18,197 nucleotides of DNA from the NCBI GenBank assembly GCA_048939245.1, contig JBHLPR010000044.1, positions 1 through 18,197 of the forward strand, in the 5' to 3' direction. The notes under the pieces were generated by a model. It was not told the origin of the DNA, ran no database searches, and saw only the letters and a program-made list of their open reading frames with translations. The stretch is from Promethearchaeota archaeon (GTDB lineage: Archaea > Asgardarchaeota > Hermodarchaeia > Hermodarchaeales > Hermodarchaeaceae). Shown one piece after another: positions 1 through 6,889 of this stretch. Within the stretch, counting starts at the first letter, position 1; each line of letters begins with the position of its first letter. Position numbers and translations under genes: made by a program.

Positions 1-38
1 GATTTAATGTTTAAGGAAAGCTAAATGCAGCTATTGAA

Positions 39-106
39 GATGGATTGTCAGGTATGTGCATTTCTTGAATCATCTGGGTGAGACGACGCAAGTGCTTCAG
101 AACTTC
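39..106 (+). repeat. Dispersed structured intergenic element, copy A
   Basis: 67-106 matches 6734-6773 at 30/40 ungapped, including the exact 11-mer ACGACGCAAGT. 39-54 matches 6698-6713 at 13/16. Confidence 0.6.
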
Positions 107-131
107 GCGAACTAGTTCTTTGTGTAGTTCT

Positions 132-713
132 CTAGTGTAAGTAGCGGATTGTGTGTTCGATCAGGTAGAATCCTGTCGTGATTAGTAATCCGCCCAAAAT
201 GTAACCTGCTATGAATAGATAGTATGGTGGCGGCGCGAGAGAGTATGCGATGAAGTGTTTCCATATGATTCGGAGTCTAAATTGGACGTCGATGGTGACT
301 CGCTGGATGGTCACGTTAAGAGGGGTTTCACTGACTCCGTCGCCTAAAATTTCAATGTATAGGGGTCCTTGGTCTTGGGGGGCGGTGAGGTTTACGAGTT
401 GGAAAATGACGTCATTGGGCTGATTGTATAAGGATATCGTGATGGGCGTGTTGTTTGTATACATTTCTCGGAATTCAATGGCGCTCGCTGAATTTAGGGC
501 TCCAAATTGAATACCAACGGAGCTGTTGGATGCTGATAAGTTGCCATGATAGTATTGATCTGATTCAACAATCCAACCTGATGGCGGTGGATTGAGGTTC
601 CACCAGTAGATTTGTACAATCCCTGTGAACGTAATAAGCATGGTTCCCAACAGGATTAAGATACCTGCGAACCACAGATGACTTCGCGGGTTCATTATCT
701 TTGAATTCTTCAT
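132..713 (-). CDS. Hypothetical membrane protein with two TM helices flanking an extracytoplasmic beta-rich domain
   Basis: 193-aa ORF. Hydrophobic segments LWFAGILILLGTMLITFTGIV and YYLFIAGYILGGLLITTGFYLI. Several N-x-S/T sequons (NLS, NSS, NNT, NLT, NVT). SD-like GGAGGCGA upstream (rc of 721-728). Confidence 0.8.
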   Translation of the reverse strand: MKNSKIMNPRSHLWFAGILILLGTMLITFTGIVQIYWWNLNPPPSGWIVESDQYYHGNLSASNSSVGIQFGALNSASAIEFREMYTNNTPITISLYNQPNDVIFQLVNLTAPQDQGPLYIEILGDGVSETPLNVTIQRVTIDVQFRLRIIWKHFIAYSLAPPPYYLFIAGYILGGLLITTGFYLIEHTIRYLH

Positions 714-797
714 GAACCAATCGCCTCCGTTATCATGGCAGGAAGATGGGATATCATTAATGTTATGTTTGAGGTTAAGGTCTCAGCGGCAATCATA

Positions 798-903
798 GAA
801 CTTCATAGAAGCAGCTAATGCTGCAACCGAAATCTAGTCTATCCTCTGCAGTGTATGCTGTGAATGAATCGCTAGCTAAGCGACACAAGATGGTTATGTT
901 TTC
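798..903 (+). repeat. Dispersed intergenic element, degenerate copy B
   Basis: 842-858 matches 6681-6697 at 14/17, followed in the same order by GAATC..GCTAAGCGACACAAG..TTTC (cf. GAATC..GCTGAAACGACGCAAG..TTTC). Confidence 0.45.
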
Positions 904-980
904 TTATGATAGGAAATTCAGAATCGAAATCATTTTGAATGATGCTGATAAATACTGGGCATACTGGAGGGTAATCCGGG

Positions 981-2711
981 TTGGATTCAGAAAAACCACT
1001 GAAAAATGAGAATGCCATTCTCGAACCTCATGAAACGTGGACGAAGCGCACAACAATGATGGTAGTCATTGATCTTGTCGCCAAACCGTTTCTTGGCTTG
1101 TTTATCATTGTGAACATCTTATTTCTGTATTGGCGCATTTTACCAGGTGACCCCGTGGCCATTTTCATATCCGGTTATATGCGAGCTAATATGACTGCCG
1201 CAACGAACTATGTCTGGCAGCTTTGGGGGTTTGATCTCCCACTTAGTAGTCAATACGCTATCTTCCTATTCAACTGCTTTTCAGGTCAACTGTTTCGAAC
1301 GCTCTCCTTTACTGAGGGCTATCGTCCGGTTGGAGAGATAATTCTGATGCGATTCCCCAACACCCTACTTCTTGTTCTGCTCCCCTTTCTTATTATTTCA
1401 GGCATGTTTGCTCTTTTCTATTGGTTTAGAAGAGGAAAAGGAGCCCCTGTTATACGCGTGTGGGGGTATTTGTATCAAATTCTGTTTTCAAAGTCTCTGT
1501 GGATTCTACTTGCGCTGCTGTTCTTTTGGGGGGCTCTTCAATTGGGGCTAAGTGGGGTGCTTCCACTTGGTGGTACTCATAGTGTTCCCCTGCCATCTGA
1601 TCCATTGGTGCAAGCCCTCGATTTTGGCTGGCATCTCATAGCACCCGCCACTATCATCGCCTTACTCAGTATGGCAGTGGCAACCCATTACTTCCATCAA
1701 GCACCTGATGAACCAATCCCCCCCTTATCACATGGGTTACCCCGGTTACTGCTCTGGACCGTTTCCATCGCGATACCCATTGAAGTCTTTTATAACTGGT
1801 ATGGAATCGGACGAGTGCTCCTTGACTTTACCTTCCTCAACAACTACCCAGGACTCCTTGCTGTTCTGGTGACCTATATCTTCGCCTTTGGACTAGCCGC
1901 CCTTTTCCTCGAAGGCGTCCTAAGGTGGGGTATTTATCAGAACCCTGTAGAATTTCACGGGCAACACATCACACCCATAGAAAAAGCCACTTTTCGCCGG
2001 CCCTATATCATTATTGGATTGATTCTTGTCTGCATTTTCATCGGGTTAGCCGTTGTAGGGCAATTCATTTTCACACCTGAGCCCTGGCCTAGAACAGCAC
2101 CACTCGAGTATTCATTGATGGGGCTTTTTCCCTTGCTCATGGAAGGAGTCACAATCGCTTTCATCGCAACATTGATTGGTGGTCTTCTGGGATTAGGCGC
2201 CAATTTTGCCCTTCGTTCAGGGCTCTCATGGCCCATTAACTATCTCCCTGCATTCATCTTCTCTCTGATCGTGATCACTCTGTCTATTCTCCCTATCATT
2301 CCTGCTTTGTATATCGAACCCTGGGGGCAACTAACATTGACCGTAGGTCTGCTTCTCTCCGCTGGAGCCATCCGTAAAATCAGCAACACAGAACTGGGTG
2401 AAGGCTCTATGGCCATAAGCGCGTGGGCGAAAACTCTCTTCCCTATTTTCATTCTATATTTCCTAGCAGGTGGGGCAATCGCCTTAATCGGCGGGCTCAT
2501 CGGCATTCACTATACCCACAACCTCGGCTGGGTGATTCTAGACCTTCTCCAAAGCGGCATATTGACACTTAATCCGTTCATCCTCCTCATTCCAGGCACC
2601 TTGATCTTTTTCTTCATCTTTGCCTTCGACTTTCTCTGGAACGGATTACACCAGATTCCTATCACCACTACGACAGTACTCGATACTGAGACAACCCCAG
2701 ATCTAAAGTGA
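981..2711 (+). CDS. Fused DppB/OppB + DppC/OppC-like peptide/nickel ABC transporter permease (divergent)
   Basis: N-half has DppB hallmarks: RILPGDPV, WGFDLPLSSQY, ILMRFPNTLLL, WHLIAP, IEVFYNWYGIGR..NNYP. C-half is DppC-like: RRPYIIIGLILVCIFIGLAVVG, IATLIGGLLGL, LIPGTLIFFFIFAFDFLWNGL. GGAGG SD at 966-970 before the TTG start. Confidence 0.8.
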   Translation: MDSEKPLKNENAILEPHETWTKRTTMMVVIDLVAKPFLGLFIIVNILFLYWRILPGDPVAIFISGYMRANMTAATNYVWQLWGFDLPLSSQYAIFLFNCFSGQLFRTLSFTEGYRPVGEIILMRFPNTLLLVLLPFLIISGMFALFYWFRRGKGAPVIRVWGYLYQILFSKSLWILLALLFFWGALQLGLSGVLPLGGTHSVPLPSDPLVQALDFGWHLIAPATIIALLSMAVATHYFHQAPDEPIPPLSHGLPRLLLWTVSIAIPIEVFYNWYGIGRVLLDFTFLNNYPGLLAVLVTYIFAFGLAALFLEGVLRWGIYQNPVEFHGQHITPIEKATFRRPYIIIGLILVCIFIGLAVVGQFIFTPEPWPRTAPLEYSLMGLFPLLMEGVTIAFIATLIGGLLGLGANFALRSGLSWPINYLPAFIFSLIVITLSILPIIPALYIEPWGQLTLTVGLLLSAGAIRKISNTELGEGSMAISAWAKTLFPIFILYFLAGGAIALIGGLIGIHYTHNLGWVILDLLQSGILTLNPFILLIPGTLIFFFIFAFDFLWNGLHQIPITTTTVLDTETTPDLK

Positions 2712-2727
2712 CTTTACTGGCGTTAGG

Positions 2728-3801
2728 TCAACCAGAACAGGGTGATTGATAGATAGGGTTGAGGGTTCCGCATTGAGTACAGGTACTGTTCTTGGCTAAA
2801 TTAGTCAGGGTTACATTATAGCCTACTCGGTGGATGAGTGGGGCACCACATGCCTTGCAGTAGGTGTGCTCTGCTGAGTGTCCGAGAACGTTGCCAATAT
2901 AGACGAAGTTGAGGCCTGCTTTTTTCCCGATGGTATGTGCGTGTTCAAGCGTTGCTAAAGGAGTTGGTGTTGTCAACCCGTATTCTTTGGCACGATAGGC
3001 TGGGTGAAAGCTGCTTACATGCCAGGGCACATCCTCGCCCAATTCCTGATAGATTCGCTGGGCGATGCGTGTTAAGCAGCGAGTTGTGTCATTTACCCTT
3101 GGGATCACTAGAGTGGTGATTTCAATCCAGATGCCTAAATCGAGGGCGTGTTTGGCGGTTTGCCAGACTTTCTCGTTATCGATTCCACAGTATTTCTGAA
3201 CGGCGGTGTGGCATCCTTTGATATCGATGTTCATGGCATCGAGTCCTGCCGCGTGTAACCATCGCAATGATTCTTCGGTCATATAACCGTTGGTGACGTA
3301 AGTGTTGTAGAAGCTGCGGTTCCGGGCGCGGGGCATGACATCGAGGGAATATTCGAAAAAGCCAGTGGTGGGCTCATTGAAGGAGAAACTGGTGCCTTGG
3401 CAGTGTCGTTGTTGAATGGTATCCACTAACTCGTCGGGCGAGACGTAATTACTCTGCTGGGGGTTTGGTGCCCGTTTGCTGATAGACCAGTTTTGACACC
3501 AGATGCAATCAAAATTGCAGCCCCAACTTCCAATTGTCAAAGCTCGTGTTCCAGGAAAGAAATGATGGAAGGGCTTCTTTTCGATGGGATTGGCACTCAT
3601 CGAGCTGATATCCCCATAGGTCAGAACATATAACCGCCCCTCGATGTTGGCTCGCGCTTGGCAGTGCCCACGGTTACCAGGTGCGATGATGCAGCGTCGG
3701 TTACACACACCACACTGCACCTTATCCTTGGTGCGTTGTTCGAATAAGAGCCCTTCGCGGATACAGAGATTAGCAATTACCGATGAGGTATCGAGCTTCA
3801 T
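2728..3801 (-). CDS. amrS: AmmeMemoRadiSam system radical SAM enzyme
   Basis: N-terminal VQCGVCNRRC..G.C motif, NPIEKKPFHHFFPG, radical SAM CxxxCxxC (CNFDCIWCQNW), SFNEP, VTNGY, NIDIKG, WIEITTLVIP, PWHVSSFHPAY, YIGNV, and C-terminal CKACG/CTQCG. Confidence 0.93.
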   Translation of the reverse strand: MKLDTSSVIANLCIREGLLFEQRTKDKVQCGVCNRRCIIAPGNRGHCQARANIEGRLYVLTYGDISSMSANPIEKKPFHHFFPGTRALTIGSWGCNFDCIWCQNWSISKRAPNPQQSNYVSPDELVDTIQQRHCQGTSFSFNEPTTGFFEYSLDVMPRARNRSFYNTYVTNGYMTEESLRWLHAAGLDAMNIDIKGCHTAVQKYCGIDNEKVWQTAKHALDLGIWIEITTLVIPRVNDTTRCLTRIAQRIYQELGEDVPWHVSSFHPAYRAKEYGLTTPTPLATLEHAHTIGKKAGLNFVYIGNVLGHSAEHTYCKACGAPLIHRVGYNVTLTNLAKNSTCTQCGTLNPIYQSPCSG

Positions 3802-3862
3802 GCTATCTTGAATAGTACAATCGTCAAATTTGAGCCTTTGGAAACCTCGACAATATTCTCAA

Positions 3863-3900
3863 CTATGCTCTGTAGCGTATATCATGGTCGAAGACAACGC
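3863..3900 (+). repeat. Dispersed intergenic element, degenerate copy D
   Basis: 3863-3880 matches 839-856 at 15/18, then ATGGTCGAAGACAACGC resembles ATGGCTGAAACGACGC of copy C. Confidence 0.4.
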
Positions 3901-4051
3901 GTTTTCTTTTTCTAAGCTCTTCTAGAATGAGATGCCATTGACTTCATCTGTATGTTTTTTATACAGCATATGCGAGTAAGTGCCTTGGGAGTATGATGGT
4001 TTCGATTTGCGAAGTCTCTACTTCTCAATAACATAGGGAACGGTATGCAAG

Positions 4052-5722
4052 TTGAAATTCGTAATGAAACCTTCTGGAAGAATCAACACTGCAGTATTCG
4101 TTACTCTCATGCTTTCAATGGTGCTCTTATTTTCACCAATGAATGCCTGTTCAAGTCTTTTACCGATATCTCCTGAATATCAGCTTCATGATGGATATGG
4201 GTATACAATTACAGGTACACTTAGTTCTGAAGCGTGTGGCGAGTACTTTACTGGAGTTGGCGATGTGAGTGGCGACGGGATTGATGATTTCATTATCGGG
4301 GCAAATGCCAATCAAGCAGGGCGAGCCTACCTTTTCTACGGGCGCCCTCTTACAGCTTGGACCGATTTACTCGTAACTGATGCCCAAGCCTCCTTCGTCG
4401 GTGAATCCTTTGACGATTGGTTTGGTCGATGGATTGCACGACTCGGTGATGTCAACGACGATGGATACGCGGATTTTGCAATTTCATCGATGATGAATGA
4501 TGACGGTGGCAATCAAGCGGGCAAAGTCTATCTCTTCTTTGGAGGATCAGATGTAACATGGACGATGGACACCCCCGCGACTCAAGCAGATGTCACCATC
4601 ATTGGCGAGGCAGGCGATGATCGATTGGGACATGGCGTTTACGGTATCGGAGACACAAACGGTGATGGCTACGATGATTTCATCGTCTCGGGAATGATGA
4701 ATGATGAAGGAGGAACAGATGCTGGACAGCTCTACCTCTTTCTCGGACGCGCCTCAAATCAATGGGCTGCTACCTACTCTGCCGCGGATGCCACCGCCTC
4801 ATGGATTGGTACAACGGATGATGGTCTCGCCCTTGATGCGTCCGGTGTAGGAGATATCAACGATGATGGATTTACAGATTTTGCGGTAGGTGCTTTGTAC
4901 AATGTTGGCGGTCTCGTTCGACGAAAAGTGTATCTAATCTTTGGTTCCGATACCGTAAACTGGGTGATGGATCAGCCCATCGCTCAATCGAACGCCTCGC
5001 TAGTCGGAGACATTGACCCATTTCTTTCAACGATTACGCTCTCAGTTGATTGGATTTCTGGCGCTGGTGATGTCAACAACGATGGCTTTGACGACATCGT
5101 CTTCGGGGCTTACGAGGAAGATATAGGATGGACCCAAGCTGGTCAGACCTATCTCTTCTTTGGACGACCCACAACCTCATGGACCCATGATATGCCCTTT
5201 TCCACCGCTAACGCGTCATTCATTGGACAATCGAGCAACCAGTATTGTGGATGGGCGGTCGATGGCGTGGGTGATGTCAACGGCGACGCTTTTGCAGATT
5301 TCGCCATTAGTGCACCCACCCAAATGACCTTTCCCTCCGAATCTCAGTCTGCAGGCCACGTCTATCTCTTCCTTGGAAACAATAGTGGGAACTGGGGACT
5401 GCAAACACCCGTGAACCAAGCAGCCTATAACTACACGGCAGAAGAAGAGCAACCTCATAGTGGCTTCGGCTTTCACGTTCAAGGACTCGGTGACATCAAC
5501 AATGACACCCTCGACGACTTTGCCATCGGTGCACCCGATTACGACAACAGCGCATTAAACAAAGGAAAAACCTACCTCATCTTACCCTTTGCTGAAGACG
5601 AAGACGAGGGCAATGGAGGCAGTGGGGACGGTATTATGCTACTAATTATCATAAGTGCTGTTATTTCCGTAATCATACTAATCGTAGGACTTTTGTATTA
5701 CCGCAAACGACGGAAGCCATAG
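4052..5722 (+). CDS. Membrane-anchored FG-GAP repeat (integrin-alpha-like seven-bladed beta-propeller) surface protein
   Basis: Signal-like N-terminus. Seven GD(V/I/T)xxDxxxDFxxxA Ca2+-binding blade motifs (GDVSGDGIDD, GDVNDDGYAD, GDTNGDGYDD, GDINDDGFTD, GDVNNDGFDD, GDVNGDAFAD, GDINNDTLDD), each followed by an AGxxYLFxG-type strand. Acidic/Gly linker, TM helix, RKRRKP tail. The true start could be a downstream ATG (4064). Confidence 0.92.
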   Translation: MKFVMKPSGRINTAVFVTLMLSMVLLFSPMNACSSLLPISPEYQLHDGYGYTITGTLSSEACGEYFTGVGDVSGDGIDDFIIGANANQAGRAYLFYGRPLTAWTDLLVTDAQASFVGESFDDWFGRWIARLGDVNDDGYADFAISSMMNDDGGNQAGKVYLFFGGSDVTWTMDTPATQADVTIIGEAGDDRLGHGVYGIGDTNGDGYDDFIVSGMMNDEGGTDAGQLYLFLGRASNQWAATYSAADATASWIGTTDDGLALDASGVGDINDDGFTDFAVGALYNVGGLVRRKVYLIFGSDTVNWVMDQPIAQSNASLVGDIDPFLSTITLSVDWISGAGDVNNDGFDDIVFGAYEEDIGWTQAGQTYLFFGRPTTSWTHDMPFSTANASFIGQSSNQYCGWAVDGVGDVNGDAFADFAISAPTQMTFPSESQSAGHVYLFLGNNSGNWGLQTPVNQAAYNYTAEEEQPHSGFGFHVQGLGDINNDTLDDFAIGAPDYDNSALNKGKTYLILPFAEDEDEGNGGSGDGIMLLIIISAVISVIILIVGLLYYRKRRKP

Positions 5723-5911
5723 TCTTTGGCTTCCCTGCCTCTTTTATTGAGTGGCTTGCGGTGCAGGTCACTTTTCCAACTTTCTTCTTTCTCCTATCTT
5801 GTGAAGAATCAAAATGCCGATATCGCTGTAAATTTAGGTGCGAAATAGAGACCATTTCGTGTTCTAAACTGTAGAATAATATTCTCGTATAATGAACTTA
5901 AGCACACGATC

Positions 5912-6598
5912 TTGGTGAGTACTTTGAATCGAAAATGGTTAGGATTGTTAGTCATTCCAATCGCACTAGGCCTCCTTCTTGCTGCACCCTATATCTTCAG
6001 TTTCTTAGCACCACCTCCTTCAGGGAATGGTGGAGATTCTGGAACTTCGCTTTCTACCTACATGGAAGCAAAAGCTGCGGATATCTTGGCGGTACAGATT
6101 CTGGGCAATTCAACTGATATTGTCTATCCGGAATTAATGGCTGCCCTCTTTGTGCCAAATACCACAGGCGCATGGATTGTCTCTGCCACGTTTCTCAATG
6201 ATTCACTCGGTCCGGGTAATCCCACCTTCTATGAGGAATCGTTTCTCACCACCCTCACGGAAGTCGAAAACATCAACGATGCCATCTATACGGGTCTTGA
6301 TGCAACCAACCCCTCTGATGACTCGATTTCGGATCTGATGTATTCGATTGGGTTTGGGTTGGACATTCTTTATACGGATGGGACCTGGATTCAGCTCTTC
6401 ACGCTTCAGAGTCCGGAAGGCCACATCGTCTTCCTAAATGGGACCTATACCGGCACACCTGATACAGTGGATCCATTCAATCCGAGTTTCATCTCCCGGG
6501 ATGAGAACTGGCAAAACGGCATCCTCTTAGAACCGGGCACAGCCCTCGATGACTTGGTGTTAACAATAAACGCCGTGTTTGTCAATCATTTGGGTTGA
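5912..6598 (+). CDS. Hypothetical acidic extracytoplasmic protein with N-terminal membrane anchor
   Basis: 228-aa ORF. N-terminal RKW followed by a hydrophobic helix, PPPSGNGG linker, Asp/Glu-rich globular part with sequons (NST, NTT, NDS, NGT). Confidence 0.8.
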   Translation: MVSTLNRKWLGLLVIPIALGLLLAAPYIFSFLAPPPSGNGGDSGTSLSTYMEAKAADILAVQILGNSTDIVYPELMAALFVPNTTGAWIVSATFLNDSLGPGNPTFYEESFLTTLTEVENINDAIYTGLDATNPSDDSISDLMYSIGFGLDILYTDGTWIQLFTLQSPEGHIVFLNGTYTGTPDTVDPFNPSFISRDENWQNGILLEPGTALDDLVLTINAVFVNHLG

Positions 6599-6645
6599 GC
6601 TTACCACTCTCTTCAGTCGGCTTCAAGCTCTTAAATGGTAACAAA

Positions 6646-6783
6646 CTGAATTCATGGATTCAGAATACTAGACATGCTTCTCCTGTGCGGTGTATACGAT
6701 GTATAGGCAGGTAGCGGAGCGCCTTCGTGTATCGAATCCTATGGCTGAAACGACGCAAGTCGTCCATACTTTCCAAGATTCGG
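6646..6783 (+). repeat. Dispersed structured intergenic element, most intact copy (copy C)
   Basis: Nested stems CGAATC(6733-38)/GATTCG(6777-82), TATGG(6740-44)/CCATA(6764-68) and ACGAC-GCAA-GTCGT(6750-63). Upstream stems GCTTC/GGAGC, CCTGT/GCAGG and TATAC-GAT-GTATA. Similar to 39-106, 839-903 and 3863-3900. Confidence 0.6.
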
Positions 6784-6854
6784 AGATTATTAGCTGTTAG
6801 TGGCTGACCAAATTTTGGTTTGTTGCATATAAGTGGTGAAATGAAACCATCAGG

Positions 6855-6865
6855 TTATTTATACA
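6855..6865 (+). promoter_or_regulatory. TATA box for the 1094-aa surface protein gene
   Basis: TTATTTATACA about 25 nt upstream of the ATG. The same TTTATACA occurs at 3958-3965 (+) and 12783-12790 (-) upstream of other genes. Confidence 0.45.
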
Positions 6866-6889
6866 ACTTAACCCTTAGGGCATTGGAGG

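Noticed and set aside
793-824. TCATAGAA direct repeat x2 and GCAGC-TAAT-GCTGC hairpin
   Set aside because: Too short to support independently; treated as part of repeat copy B.
818-1009. 63-aa ORF upstream of the permease
   Set aside because: Overlaps the permease start, its SD and repeat copy B; no SD of its own and no domain.
4250-5540. Recurrent GGTGATGTCAAC-type DNA repeats
   Set aside because: These encode the FG-GAP blade motifs; they are not a CRISPR array or a DGR template/variable repeat pair, and no reverse transcriptase is present.
6676-6720. Resemblance of CAGGTAGCGGAG and GACGCAA to the c-di-GMP-I (GEMM) riboswitch
   Set aside because: The blocks are in the wrong order (GACGCAA lies 3' of the P2-like arm) and the GCAAAC-GNRA P1 arm is missing.
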